This document shows positions 39,814-54,135 of a stretch of 64,000 nt of DNA, in pieces (positions within the stretch are counted from its first letter, which is position 1; every line of letters starts with the position of its first letter). Location: positions 10,478,001 to 10,542,000 of the forward strand of contig CATOCA020000001.1 of the NCBI GenBank assembly GCA_951406725.2. The letters are read 5' to 3'. Below the pieces are notes generated by a model that saw only the letters and a program-made list of their open reading frames with translations, was not told the origin of the DNA and did not search any database. Made by a program: the position numbers and the translations under genes. Origin of the DNA: Octopus vulgaris (lineage: Eukaryota).

Positions 39814-40203
39814 TCTCTCTCTATATAAACGGCAGTTTGTCTGTCTGTGTGTCTGTGTGTCTGTGTGTCTGTCAGGTTGTACCCTCACCCTGACCACGGC
39901 TTTCAACCGATTCTGATGAAACTTGACACACACATAGCCCAATGTCATAGTTCAAAACTAACGCAGCGAAAATTTTGAAAAGTTCCCCCAGTTCTGAAAA
40001 ATATCGATAAATTCGACATGGGGTCGAGAATCAGAAACACAAATTGCAAACTGTCTAGGGGACTCAACTCCACCTTTTTTAACTAAAAAAAAATTTACCA
40101 TCATTTTTTTCCATCTTTTTGCTGTTTTTTGGATATAACTCTCTAAAAATGCTTTATAGTTATTTACCTTACAAACCTGAGCAACGCCGGGCGATACTGC
40201 TAG
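39814..40203 (+). mobile_element. Non-autonomous Helitron
   Basis: A|TC 5' end, (GTCT/GT)n, 3' gcaacgccgggcgatactgCTAG|T; 3' part shared with 55009-55381. Confidence 0.7.
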
Positions 40204-42059
40204 TTACATTGTAAAGCTACGGCAGAACATATTCTAAAATATATATTACATCATACGTTATAGAGCTGTGTGATTCATCTCAATGTAAATAAATAATATA
40301 TTATTCAACAAAAAGATGTTTTCCTGATTTTCTTATTTTTAAAAACTGTTTTGATATTAATGGGGTTTGATAGGTCTAGTTTACAAATCTTTGATACTAT
40401 TTCAGCATGTCACAGAGAGAATCTGTTCCAGATATTTTGTTGTAATTTCGATGAAGAGCAGCCGTTCTAAATGTTCAGTGGCAACACAGAAGAACTTGGT
40501 AAGGACTACCACAGATCTTCATTGTAGATTTCGACAAGATCGATATAAGCTGTGTGGGTAGAATTTGTAGAGACTGCATGGAATCAGGCATTGTATTGGC
40601 CACCTGTCTGAAATATGTTTACAGCAACATTAAGTTCATTTGCGGATGCACGCACACAAACACACACACATCCGCAAACATACATACACAGGCATACAAA
40701 CACACACCGACACATATATACACAGTGTTTGTTCTAAAGAGGATTAAATTAGATTCGTTTGTGTAAGAAACGATGGTCAGGCTATTAGAGAAACCCAACT
40801 TAGAATCTCAGACGTTCCCACCGATCATAATGGGTCTCGATTAAAAAATGCGTGTGTGTGTGTGTGTGTGTGTGTGTACATACATATGTACAAGTACGCA
40901 CATCGCCCATGCCATTCTCTTTGTCATCATTTAACGTCTACTTTTCCATGCTCGCATGGGTCAGACAGAATTTATTCAGGCAGATTTTCTATAGCTGGAC
41001 GCAATTGCTGCTTCCAACTCTCACCTGTTCCCAAGCACGGCAATATTTTCCGACGGCCGGACATCACTTGTATTGATGGTAAGGCCGTTTTTAGTCATCA
41101 CATGATATCAAGTACACACATGATGAGCTTCTTTCAGTTTCCGGTTACTAAATCCACATACAAATCCTTTGGTTAACCTTTGACCTAAAGGAGAAGATAA
41201 ATAGCCCAAGTTACCGTGAAGTGGGACTGAACTCGCGACCACATACTTAGGAAGAAAGCTTTTGAACCACACAACCATGGGTTATTAATCTTCTTAAGGT
41301 CAACATTTACTGTTTCGAAACGAATTCTATGCCCTATAGCTGAAATCCCTTTTTTCAGAAAACTGAATCGCTTCAAATTGGTTGAAAAGGGTCAGTGCTC
41401 CGATACATTTCAAAATATTAAACTTCATTCAGAGAATTAGCGTAGATGAGATGCAGCTTTTGTTTTATGCCAAGGAGAAATACTACTGAGGCTCAGTTTC
41501 AAGCAAGGCAAGGAACAGAGGGATTGGTTGGACAGAGCTCTCTGACCTACTGTCCGTAACATCCCACCTACACCAGCCTGAAAGAGAGAAGCTGGACATT
41601 CCTAGGATGATGTTGATGACTATGATGATGGTGATGAAAGAGAATTGGTTGAGTAATATAGGAAATCTCCATCTTTCAAGTTGGTATGACATTGTGTTTG
41701 AATGACCCTCCAACTTTTTGCTGAATAACAATTATAGAAACAGGTTTCTATATAAGGGAGTTATGCTGAGCTGGGGGGTCACCGGTTTCCCTGTACACTG
41801 AGTTCATCAGGGAATCAAGGAAATTAAAGCCGGTCCTGACTACCTTGGGGCTGTATTTGTTCAACATCTATTTGTATCATTGGAAGCCTAAGATGAGAAT
41901 GTAGTCTTTACGTGTAGCAGATGTCCAGGTTCTTTAAACACTAGGAACGTACAAAAATAGACTCCCTCAAAAGTCAGGAGGACCCTTAGAAGTAGCAGAC
42001 TGTTTGCTTAGGTGGCCAAGTTGAATGTTGTGGGGTGATGTTGTTCCAAAGGCATAACT

Positions 42060-42560
42060 GCTTGAATAAGAATAGGCTGGGCAAAGTTCTGAGAGCTACT
42101 ACATCTGTTAGTAACGATAGGTCACTCCCTCTGAGTGAAAGGCAGATTGTATGATGCCTATGTACGAACAGCTGCGCTACATGATTGTGAAACATTGGCT
42201 GTGACTAGTGAAGATATGCGAAGGCTTGAAACAAATAAAGCCAGTATGCTCCGCTGGATGAGTAATATCAGTGAGCGTATACAACAGTTTGTAAGTGATT
42301 TGAGAGAAGGACTGTGTATACGAGGCATTAGATCTAGTGTGCAAGAGAGAAGACTGCGCTGGTATGATCATGTAATGAGTATGAATGAAAACTCTCTCAT
42401 CAAGAGGTGCTGATCTCTAATTGTGAAGGAAACACTGCGGAAGGAGTAGGCCCAAGAAAACGTGGGACGAAATGGGGAGAAAGGATCTTCAGACGTTGGG
42501 TCTCACAGAAGGGATGACAAGGACCGAGACACAGGACGGTTTGCTATGCTTGAGAAAAGA
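42060..42560 (+). mobile_element. RTE-like LINE 3' fragment
   Basis: KGRLYDAYVRTAALHDCETLAV..QERRLRWYDHVMSM..RPKKTW. Confidence 0.75.
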
Positions 42561-43284
42561 CGTCAGGCGAAGTAAAATCGTGGTTGATCTTGCATATAGG
42601 CATGTCCCCTGCATCTCTTTTAAGCTGAGCGTACCTAATCTTGTGCGCTCGTGGAGGCTGGTGCAATGTAAAATTCAGCCTCACTGGTGCCACATCAACA
42701 CAATCAGAACACTCTATAAACTGACTGACGTTGGAAATGGTATCCAGACGTTAGAAAAAGGATCCACTTAAGCGGTGATCTGCTGTCATTCCACTTACCA
42801 TCGCTGTCCGATGATATAAAAAACAAACAATCTTGCGGGTACCCTTTCATTGGACGAGGTGAAAACCATCGTTAGTTTATGATTAGTGATATTGTTCAGA
42901 GAGACTTGCTTTAGAGAACAGCTACTACAATGCGCTGTGTCTTTCGAAAGACATGAACCAGCATCCGAGGTGTAGTGTAGCTCGGTGTAAAGAACTTAGA
43001 AGTATCCGACGACATCGGCGACACGAATCACTCGGCAAATGATCAAAACTGAACGGTGCCGGCAAAGATGGATCCCACCACCAAAATATACATCCTCTCG
43101 TTTCATGACGTCAGCATGTGTGTCTATCTGTCTAAGTCTCCCTGGAAGTCGAACCGAAACTAGGGCCGTTTCACCGCCTTTCTCCAGTCAGTTTCTGACT
43201 GCTAGCTTTGTTCGGTGTGTCCGTCTTATAGCTTTGTTGTCATGTTTCCCAAATGACGCTAGACGAAAAGAGAAAACCGCGACT

Positions 43285-44050
43285 TACGAGGAAAGAAGAG
43301 AGAGAGAGAGAAAGAAAGAGAGAAAGAAAGAGAGATAGAAAGAGAGATAGAAAGGTAGAGAAAAAAGAGTACGTAAAGGAAAACTAAAAGAGTGAAAGAA
43401 AGAAAGAAAAACACAGAAACAAAGGAAGAAAGAAAGAAAGAGGAAAGAATAGTAGAAAGAAGAAAAGAAAGGAAGTATGAAATGAGGAAGGAAATAAAAC
43501 AAAGAAAGAAGAGAAAGAAAGAAGGAAATAAAGTGAGAGTGGAAAAAAGAAAGGAAGAATAAACAAACGGCGAAGTTATTTTGCGAAGGAGAAAATAAGA
43601 TTGATAACAAATGAGACAGAGAATGAAAGAAAGAAAGAGATAAGAAAGAAGGAAAGGAAGAAGGGAGAAAGTAAAGAAGAAAGAAAGAAAGAAAGAGAGA
43701 AAGAATAAAAGAAAGAAAGAAAGAAAGGAGGAGATAAGAAAGAAGGAAATAAAGAAAAACTGACAGAAAGACAGAAAGAAGGAAGAAAGAACAAAAGAAA
43801 CAGAGATAGAAAGATAGAAGATGGAAAATAGAAAACAGAAAGGAAGAAGGAAGGAAAGAAGGACTGAAAAAAGGCAGATAAACTGAAAGACAGAAAGAAG
43901 GAAGAAAGAAAGCAAGTTATATTGAAAGATAGAAGGAAGAAAAGAGAAAAAAGAATGAATGAATAAAAGAAAAAAGGAAGGAAATAAGGAATGAACGAGA
44001 TTGAAAGAAATAGGACGTGATAATGGAATAAAGAGAAGGATGAGAGGGAA
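43285..44050. repeat. Polypurine (GAAA/GGAA) low-complexity tract
   Basis: Directly visible; similar tracts at 59925-60300 and 61040-61660. Confidence 0.95.
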
Positions 44051-44609
44051 GAGATTATCCCAGACGGGGCAAAGATAATTCCTCTTCTTGACACCCCGTT
44101 CTTCTTTTCAACTGAATTACTTTCGGTTGGGTTAAATCGAATCTGTGTCTCTGCGAAGACTTCAGAAAACTGCCAAATATGATTGAATGGAAATAAGAGA
44201 TCGAACTGATTATAAAAGGCAAATAAGTTTAGCGAAGAGGAAACTATTGTTTTATTTAAATCTTATATTTTTTACTGGTTTCAGTAATTCGACTGCGGCC
44301 ATGCTGGGGCACCGTTTTGATGAATTTTAATCGCATGAATTACCCCTCTAGATTTTTCTTTTATAATTATGCATACTACTTCTAGTAACGGTGTCTTTTG
44401 CCAAACGGCTATACCACAAGGACGTAAACAAAGAAACACTGGTTGTCAAGCGGGGTGGCTTCTCGAACGCAAACACAAAGACACGCGCACAAACATACAA
44501 GCACAAACACATAAGTATGTATGTATATATGTATACGACGGGCTTTTTTCCGTTTCCATCTACCAAATACACTCACGATATTCTGATGGGGCAGAGGTTA
44601 TAGTAGAAG

Positions 44610-45830
44610 GGCATCTTTTGAAGCTGTTTATTTAATTGCAAGAGATAAAAGAAACCCCAAACAACATCGGCGAAGAACTTGTATTAGCAGCAGCAATGAA
44701 AACATCTGGAATTATTCATTGAAATAACATGCAGATGAATCAAAGTTCGACTGCGAAATGATAATGTTGGTATTTGTATTTCAGAAATGAATAATGATTA
44801 ATTGGAGTAAATTATGCGAAGGTTTTTAAACAACGTCTCTAAACATGCAATTCAATTAGATGAAGCAAGTAAAATTACAAACTATAGTAATATAGAATAG
44901 GGTCCAGGAAGATTGGTTCGTTAGAAGGGGACTTTGTAGCTAAAAGTAGATGAAAGGCGCAGGAGTGGCTGTGTGGTAAGTAGCTTGCTTACCAACCACA
45001 TGGTTCTGGGTTCAGTTCCACTGCGTGGCATCTTGGGCGAGTGTCTTCTGCTATAGCCCCGGGCCGACCAATGCCTTGAGAGCGGATTAGGTAGACGCAA
45101 ACTGAAAGAAGCCGGTCGTATATATGTATATATATGTGTGTGTATATGTTTGTGTGTCTGTGTTTGTCCCCTAGCATTGCTTGACAACCGATGCTGGTGT
45201 GTTTATGTCCCCGTCACTTAGCGGTTCGGCAAAAGAGACCTATAGAATTATTACTGGGCTTACAAAAGAATAAGTCCCGGGGTCGAGTTCCTCGATTAAA
45301 GGCGGTGCTCCAGCATGGCCGCAGTCAAATGACTGAAACAAGTAAAAGAGTAAAAGAGAGATAGAAGTATGCCTTGGATGGTATAAATGTAATGTAGTAT
45401 GTAATAAAGATGCGGAAGCTATGATAAGGAGGGAAATTGGGGTTCAAGTTAAATTTGTAAGATAAAAACCCTATTTCTGTCACTTATTGCAATCTTCACT
45501 GAGAGGTGTTGGTTTCTCACAAAATATTTCCAGATACTTTTGCAATATTACAAGAAGCGGTTAACATTATTAACGTTATTAAAATTCTTGTTCTCAATAG
45601 TTTCCTCTTCTGTGAGAAAATGGCATCCAATTTCAGCAAAGTTTTATGAAGAACAGAAGTGTGATGAATCTGAAATGGAGAAGCTTTGAAACAATTGTTA
45701 GAACTTTAAGAAAATGAAGACATAATATTCCTGCTGGGATTAAATTCAGATTTGTTCCACAATAAAGATTCGTTATACAAATTATTCTATTTGTCAGACA
45801 TTTTTGGACAACTTAATAAACGTAATATGT
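44610..45830 (+). mobile_element. hAT (Charlie/Buster-like) transposase fossil interrupted by a SINE
   Basis: ASFEAVYLIA..IGEELVLAAA, AIQLDEAS, and an LH-EV-WLS-like remnant near 45494. Confidence 0.55.
44956..45358 (+). mobile_element. tRNA-derived SINE (octopus OK-like)
   Basis: GGCGCAGGAGTGGCTGTGTGG A-box, GGTTCAGTTCC B-box, central TA/TG microsatellite, (gtaaaaga)n tail. Confidence 0.85.
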
Positions 45831-46709
45831 CTGTACAAAAGGGAAAACACTGAAATTTCTTATTCAAATAAAAGATTCAAGCTTTCATTTAAGAAAAATG
45901 AAACACATGGTTGATCGTAAAGACGAATGCCACTTCCCCGCAGCTGAATTTCGTCGAGATACCTGTGCATCTGTCTCAATCTTCCACCACCGACCAGATA
46001 TTTCTGCCATCGACCTACATGCTGTTAACAATGGGAACCGGCTTCTTACACATTTTAAGCCGTTGGAGCTCCAAGGAGTCGAGGCTTAGGGTACATGTCA
46101 GCTGCAGATGGACGGCTACTTTCTCTGTCATTGTCGGTCTTAGGTCAGGTGAGGAGGATTCTGATGGTTGGGTAGGGCTGCAACATAACACTCAGAGAGA
46201 GAGAAAGAAAGAATTAGAGAAAAGAGAGAGAGAGAGTGAGAGAGAGAGAGAAATGTTAGTGAGGAAAAGAGACGACTCAAATGGTGCTTGGATTTGACGG
46301 TAATGTCCCACCGATACGCACAGATGCGGGAGAGGAGAGCCGAGAAGCTTCCCGACTGGAACAGCGATTTCCAGCAGAAGACCCGTCTTGGGAAGGCAGC
46401 CATTCTCACAGATGTGTGCGACGCACCGAATTTGTTTCCTCATAACTCCCCGCCAAACGGACATATTTAATTAAATTTTCTGTTAATACGCTTCAGATGG
46501 TGATCATTCTGATTATATCGGAATTTGTAGCGAAACAAATTTGTCTGTGGGCGGAAAGATGAGTTTCGTAAAATTCACACGAATTGTCTGTGTTTGCTCA
46601 CAACTTTAACAAAAATGGGTTATTTTCTAAGGTAATTTTCTACAAATACGTTACAGTGTGTGTAAAATGCGATTATATTGGAATTTAATATGGAAAGAAA
46701 AAATAATGG

Positions 46710-46759
<50 letters not shown>

Positions 46760-46879
46760 ACGCACATCCTAATTTTCTTCGAAACTTCAAGTTTCCTTTT
46801 GTCGATATGTGACCTGTTGTGCCATGTATGTGTAATAATCCACCAAATTAATTTTCTCTTATTCATTTCCGATATGATT

Positions 46880-47997
46880 TTTCACGCTGAGAGTTGCTGA
46901 AGCATGGAACAATCTGCCGGCATCAGTTGTTAATTGTCTGAGCACTGCATCCTTCAAAACTGCCATGCTTTCTGAGATTCGCCAAAACTATACCTGATTT
47001 TCTCCCTCCATACACACGCAAGCATGGAACAAACTGCCGGCATCAGTTGTTAATTGTCTGAGCACTGCATCCTTCAAAACTTCCATGCTTCCTGAGATTC
47101 GCCAACACTATACCTGATTTTCTCCCCTCCATACACACACAAGCATGGAACAAACTGCCGGCATCAGTTGTTAGTTATCGGAGAACCGCATCCTTCAAAA
47201 CTTCCATGCTTCCTGAGATTCGCCAACACTACACCTGATTTTCTCCCCTCCATACACACGCAAGCATGGAACAAACTGCCGGCATTAGTTGTTAGTTGTC
47301 GGAGCACTGCACTTTTCAAAACTTCCATGCTTCCTGAGATTCGCCAACACTACACCTGATTTTCTCCCCTCCATACACACGCAAGCATGGAACAAACTGC
47401 CAGCATTAGTTGTTAGTTGTCGGAGCACTGCACCCTTCAAAACTTCCATGCTTCCTGAGATTCGCCAACACTACACCTGATTTTCTCCCCTCCATACACA
47501 CACAAGCATGGAACAACCTGCCGGCATCAGTTGTTAGTTGTCGGAGCACTGCATCCTTCAAAACTTCCATGCTTCCTGAGATTCGCCAACACTACACCTG
47601 ATCTTCTCCCCTCCATACACACTCAAGAATGGAGCAACTTGCCGGCATCAGTTGTTAGTTGTCGGAGCACTGCATCCTTCAAAACTTCCATGCTTCCTGA
47701 GATTCGCCAACACTACACCTGATTTTCTCCCCTCCATACACACTCAAGAATGGAGCAACCTGCCGGCATCAGTTGTTAGTTGTCGGAGCACTGCATCCTT
47801 CAAAACTTCCATGCTTCCTGAGATTCGCCAACACTACACCTGATCTTCTCCCTCCATACACCAAGCATGTATCTGACTCATACATTGTTCGCTTTCCAGA
47901 CATTTGTACATTACTGCATACACCTTATACGCACTTTCTGACAAGTTGTGGTGCACCTGAGCACTGTATACAATAATTTCATTATTATTATTATTAT
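46880..47997 (+). repeat. Eight 121-bp tandem units derived from a CR1 LINE 3' end
   Basis: Units start at 46900, 47020, 47141, 47262, 47383, 47504, 47625 and 47746; each encodes AWNKLPASVVSCRSTASFK; unique 3' UTR and (ATT)n tail follow. Confidence 0.9.
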
Positions 47998-49495
47998 TTT
48001 ATAATTGTAATCGACACACTCTGAAAGGCATTTATAGAAAATTCCATAAAAAATTTATTATTTTTCTGAAAGTTGTGAAAAAAGCCAGACGCCTTGTGTG
48101 AATTTTCCAAAACTCCTCACATCGAAGAAGGAAAAATGTTTTCATCAAATATTCCGATATAATCGCAATTTACAGCATGAGAAGCTCAGTTTTAGAAAAT
48201 ATAATTTAAAATCTCCATTTTCTGGAAGCTCTGAGGCAGGAAATTCGGGTGTCAAACATCTGAAGCAATACCGAAAGGCATTTAATATCTTCACACTGAA
48301 CTCCTTCATAACCGTCGAGATGCGTCAATTTCCGTCGATTTCCGTTCTCGTAGCTGTTTCCCGGCAACACAGCTCCGTCACACATCCATGAGACCGGCCT
48401 GCGATGAGTAAAAACAGTGTGTCGAGATGTTTCGGTGGTAGAGGCGTCGTCACTATGAGCTGAATTGTTCTCCGTTAGATGGCATTCACTTGTTTCCTGT
48501 TCTATTCTCATCACTTCCGGTCTGATCCCTTTCCTTCTCGAAGTTTACTTTCACATTTTTGCAGCTTAAAATAGGACGACAACCAGTGCACGGCTGCACT
48601 AAACTGCACTTTCATTGCATATTCTTGCTCCCTTCTCTTTGTAGTGGACAGTCAATGGCTAATCTTTGCAGTTATCTGACCAAATGCCAATTATAAAATA
48701 GAAACTATTAGATTGAGGGAAATGTCTGTGCGTCGTGTTAAAATAATGATTGTTTTATGCAAGAATTTATTCAAAAGCAACAAATATTCTTCAAAATAAA
48801 GACCAAACGCACGAACTTTTTCCTCAACTTAATAAATAAATTTTGAAGCAATTAAAGAAATCAGAGGTTTCATTTAGTATGCGATGTTTGGCTGCTATTT
48901 CTAGCAGCTGCCTCCACAATAGGTGCAGGGTGCAGTGTGAAGATTACGAGGAGGAAATTAAGGGCTAAGAATTGCAATATTAAACCCTTCGATCTATTAT
49001 TTACATTAAATCATTTTTGGAAATCTTCAAATTCTGCGCAAGAAAAAAATACAATTTAAAGCGAAAAGGGATTCAATAAGAGTTATTGTTCTTACCCTTT
49101 CAACGTTGACTCCTCCCACCACTTTGCATAATGTAGACTGACTCCGCCCATTTTGCTTTCTTTATGAACTCATACCCTTCCCCTATTACTAAATATATAT
49201 CGTCCAATAAGCGCGCTCTCCCTCTTTGTCTCTTTCTCTTCGCCTCCCTCTCCCACCTCCTCATATATTACCCAATGCTTCCCCCTCCCTTGCTTTTACT
49301 CTTAATTCCCTCTGTCTGTACCTCACTAAACCCTTAATGCATTTTCATACTCTTTCTCCCTCCCCTACAAAACATATCCTCCCACTTCTCCCTCTTTGTC
49401 TCCTTTCTCTCAGAACCTCATTATATATTCATTTAATCACCGCCCACCTCCCTTGCAAAAGCGTTCACCTCTTCCTCTCCCTCACTAACTGTATA

Positions 49496-49499
<4 letters not shown>

Positions 49500-49529
<30 letters not shown>

Positions 49530-49760
49530 ACGCATTCTGTCTCTCTCTCTCTCTCACTCTCATTCTTTCTCTGCTTCCTCATACATTAATATATCCCTCC
49601 CCTTCCCTAGGCTTTCTCTCTCTCACTCTTTCTTCCTTCCTTTCTCTCTCTCTCTCTCTCACGCATTCTGTCTCTCTCTCTCCCACTCTCATTCTTTCTC
49701 TGCTTCCTCATACATTAATATATCCCTCCCTTCCCTAGGCTTTCTCTCTCTCACTCTTTC

Positions 49761-49808
<48 letters not shown>

Positions 49809-49896
49809 ACTCTCACTCCCACTCTCTGCTTCCTCATACATTAATATATCCCTCCCCTTCCCTAGGCTTTCTCTCTCTCACTCTTTCTTCCTTTCT

Positions 49897-49935
<39 letters not shown>

Positions 49936-50940
49936 ACTCTCATTCTTTCTCTGCTTCCTCATACATTAATATATCCCTCCCCTTCCCTAGGGTTTCTCTC
50001 TCTCACTCTTTCTTCCTTTCTTTCTCTCTGTCTCTCTCTCTCTCACGCATTCTGTCTCTCTCTCTCTCCCACTCTCATTCTTTCTCTGCTTCCTCATACA
50101 TTAATATATCCCTCCCCTTCCCTAGGTTTCTCTCTCTCACTCTTTCTTCCTTTCTTTCTCTCTCTCTCTCTCTCCCACTCTCATTCTTTCTCTGCTTCCT
50201 CATACATTAATATATCCCTCCCCTTCCCTAGGGTTTCTCTCTCTCACTCTTTCTTCCTTTCTTTCTCTCTGTCTCTCTCTCTCACGCATTCTGTCTCTCT
50301 CTCTCCCACTCTCATTCTTTCTCTGCTTCCTCATACATTAATATATCCCTCCCCTTCCCTAGGCTTTCTCTCTCTCACTCTTTCTTCCTTTCTTTCTCTC
50401 TGTCTCTCTCTCTCACGCATTCTGTCTCTCTCTCTCCCACTCTCATTCTTTCTCTGCCTCCTCATACATTAATATATCCCTCCCCTTCCCTAGGGTTTCT
50501 CTCTCTCGTTCCCTTTCCTCCTTTCTCTCTCTCTCTCTCTCTCACACGCATTCTCTCTCTCTCTCTCTCTCCCACTCTCACTCCCACTCTCTGCTTCCTC
50601 ATACATTAATATATCCCTCCCCTTCCCTAGGGTTTCTCTCTCTCGTTCCCTTTCTTCCTTTTGCTCTCTCTCTCTCTCTCACGCATTCTCTCTCTCTCTC
50701 TCTCTCCCACTCTCATTCTTTCTCTGCTTCCTCATACATTAATATATCCCTCCCCTTCCCTAGGGTTTCTCTCTCTCACTCTTTCTTCCTTTCTCTCTCC
50801 CTCTCTCTCTCTCTCCCACATTCTGTCTCTCTCTCTCTCCCACTCTCATTCTTTCTCTGCTTCCTCATACATTAATATATCCCTCCCCTCCCCTAGGGTT
50901 TCTCTCTCTCACTCTTTCTTCCTTTCTTTCTCTCTCTATC
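49500..50940 (+). repeat. CT-rich minisatellite, about 11 units of 105-135 bp
   Basis: Core cttcctcatacattaatatatccctccccttccctagg recurs between variable (CT)n spacers. Confidence 0.9.
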
Positions 50941-51209
50941 TCTCCCACCTCCTTATATCTTACCCTCTCCCTCTTCCTCTCCCTTTATCCCTAAGAAACC
51001 TTACTTTCTTACAAATAAATTATATTTTCAGATTTACCTTCAAATTTCTCTCTCGCTAATTATTTTACCAGAAGCTAATTATTTAACTAACCATTAATTA
51101 CATAATTACTGTGTAGTTCTTAATTGAGCAACTTAAATAGCCGAGACAGTGATGAACAATTTAAGAAGCATTTATTCAAAGAATCCTCCTACACCTGGTT
51201 TGACATCAT

Positions 51210-51912
51210 GCTAGAAATAACAGCCCACTACACTCAAAGTTGCTTTGTTTTTCATACGAAATTGAAAGACAATTTAAGAAGCATTTATAAAACTTTTTCC
51301 CGGATCTGGTCAGACTTCTTCCTCGAATGAGAAACCAAGTGAAGAAGCGTCTATAAAACGTATTGGTGGTCTGGTATCTTGCTAGAAATAACAGCCCACT
51401 ACACTCAAAGTTGCTTTGTTTTTCATACGAAATTGAAAGACAATTTAAGAAGCATTTATAAAACTTTTTCCCGGACCTGGTCAAACTTCTTCCTCGAATG
51501 AGAAACCAAGTGAAGAAGCGTCTATAAAACGTATTGGTGGTCTGGTATCTTGCTAGAAATAACAGCCCACTACACTCGAAGTTGCTTTGTTTTTCATACG
51601 AAATTGAAAGACAATTTAAGAAGCATTTATAAAACTTTTTCCCGGACCTGGTCAAACTTCTTCCTCGAAAGAGAAACCAAGTGAAGAAGCGTCTATGAAA
51701 CGTATTGGTGGTCTGGTATCTTGCTAGAAATAACAGCCCACTACACTCAAAGTTGCTTTGTTTTTCATACGAAATTGAAAGACAATTTAAGAAGCATTTA
51801 TAAAACTTTTTCCCGGATCTGGTCAGACTTCTTCCTCGAAAGAGAAACCAAGTGAAGAAGCGTCTATAAAACGTATTGGTGGTCTGTTATCTTGCTAGAA
51901 ATAACAGCCCAT
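51210..51912 (+). repeat. 171-bp tandem repeat, about 4 copies
   Basis: gctagaaataacagcc at 51210, 51381, 51552, 51723 and 51894. Confidence 0.95.
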
Positions 51913-52069
51913 TACGCTATACTTTACATTGTTATCATGAAGGACACTTTAAGAAGCTTCTGGAGAAATATAGTCCAGTTGGGGATCAAATGTGATGCTA
52001 GAAATAACAGCCAAGTATGTTAAAGTTTGGTTTTGTGTTTCATATGAAAATGAAGGACACTTCGAAACT

Positions 52070-54135
52070 CTTCTCTCTTCTTCCTCATTCTGCATTAATA
52101 CCTCATCCTTCCCCTCTTCCTTTCTCTAATACATGATAGACTCCCTCTCTTATCACACACATCATTCCCTCTCCTTCTCTACTCCTTTCCCTCCCCCTCT
52201 TTCACTTATTTATGTTATTGTTTAACCCCGCCTCCCTCATCCCTCGTTTTCTCTCAACTCCTACTCTCCCTCCCTCACAAAGCATATATCTCATACATCA
52301 CCTCTCTTTCCTTCCCCCTCCCTCACTTTTTGTCTCTCTCCCTCCCTCTTTACCACCTCATATCTCATACTCTCCCTCTACCTCTTTTGCGCTCCGCCCC
52401 ACGTCACACTCTCCCTCTCTTTCTAAACCTATGTATCCTTCTCTCTCTCCCTCCACCTCCTTATATAATATTCTCTCATTCTCTTACCTCATTCTTTCCC
52501 TCCTTTTCTCCTCCCTTTCCCTCTCCCTCTCTTTCTCTATGTCTGGCTTTCTCTCTCTTTGCTCTCTCGATTTCTTCTCTATTTCAGTCTCTCTCTTTCT
52601 CCCTCTCGCTTCTCATGTCTCTCTCTCTGTCTCCGTGTCTCTGTTTGTCTGTCTCTCTCTTTCTCCCTCTCTCCCTCTCCCTCTCTCTATTACCTTATTA
52701 TATATTAATGCTCCGCCTTTTTACTCTTTCTCTCTCATCTCATACTCCTCCTCTCTTCTTAACATTTATTTCTCTAATCCCTCCTCCTTCCTCCCCTTCT
52801 CTCCCTCCTTCTCTCTCTTTCTTCTCATCATTTTTACAGAATTACGTCGCCTTCCTCTCTTCTCTCTCTCATTCTTTCTTTCTTTCTTTTTGTTTCCCTT
52901 TACTTACTTTCTCTTTTCTTTCTTTCTTTCATTTTCCTTTCTTTCCTCCTTTCTTTTTTCTTTCCTTTTCCATTCTTTCTTTCTTTTTTCTTTCTTTCTT
53001 TCTTTCTTTCTTTTTTTAATTTTCTTATTTGTTTGTTTGTTTGTTTGTTTCTTTCTTCCTTCATTTCCCTCATTTCTTTCTTTCTTTCTTTCTTCCTTTC
53101 TTTCTCTTTCTTTCTTTCATTCATTCCTCTTCCTTTCTTTATTTCTTCTTTCATTTCTCTCATCTTTTTCTGTTTCCTTCTTTCATTTTCGTTATTTCTT
53201 TAGTTTTCTTTCAGTTTTTCATTTCCTTCTTCTTTCCCTTCATTCTCTTTTCTTTCTTCGCTCTTATCTTTCCTTCTCCTTTGCTTCTTTTCTTTTTCTT
53301 CCTTTCTTTTTTTCGTCGTTGTTTCGTTGCTTTTCTTTGTTTTCTTTTCCTTTTCTCCTTTTTCTCTCTCTCCCTCTCGCCCAGCTCTTATCTTTCTCTC
53401 TTTCTTTCCTTCTTTTTTCCTTCTTTTTCCTTCTTTCTTCCCTTCATTCTTTCTATCTTTCCTTCTTTTTCCTTCTATCTTTTCTTCTTTCCTTTCTTTC
53501 CCCTTTCCTCCTTTCTATTTTTGTTTCATTCTTTCTAAATTTCCTTCTTTTCCCTTTCTATCTTTCTTTTCTTTCTACCTTTCCTTCCTTCTTTTTCTTT
53601 TCTTGCTCCTTTCTTTCTCCCTTTCTTTCTTTCTTTCTTAATTTCTTCCTTTCTTTCTTTCTTTTTCCTTTCTTTCTTTCTTTATTTATTTCTTCCGCTC
53701 TCATTTCATGTATTATTACAGAATCACATTACTTTTTTCCTTCCCCCCTCCCTTCTATCATTCCTTCTTTTTCTCTTTTCTTTCTTCCTCCCTCTCTCTT
53801 TCTCTTTCATTCTTTCCTTCTTTTTACTCTCTCTCTCTCTCTCTCTCTCACACTCATTCTTTCTCTTAATCTCATTGTTTCTATCTCTCTCTCATTCTTT
53901 CTTTCTTTTTCTTTCTTTCATGTTTGTTTACCATTACTTACTTTCTTTTTTCTTTCTTTCTTTCTTTCTTTTTTCTTTCTTTCTCTCTTTTTTTCTTTCT
54001 ATCTATCTTTCTTTCTTTCTTTCTTTACTCTTCCTTTCTTTCTTTTTGCTTTCTTTCTTTCTTTCTTTCTCTCTTTGTGTTTTCTTTCTTTCCTTTTCCT
54101 CTTTCTTTCTTTCTATTTTCTTTCTTTCTTTCCGA
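52070..54135. repeat. Polypyrimidine (CT/CTTT) low-complexity tract
   Basis: Directly visible. Confidence 0.95.

Noticed and set aside
46900-47870. CRISPR-like array or tandem small genes
   Set aside because: No unique spacers; the units are copies of a CR1 LINE 3' end in a eukaryotic genome.
48206-48514. 102-aa minus-strand ORF as a gene
   Set aside because: No recognisable motif, no convincing splice context, and no support beyond length.
51210-51912. 171-bp period equal to primate alpha satellite; 149-aa repeat ORF on the minus strand
   Set aside because: No alphoid similarity or CENP-B box seen; the period follows from local monomer fusion, and the ORF exists because 171 is divisible by 3.
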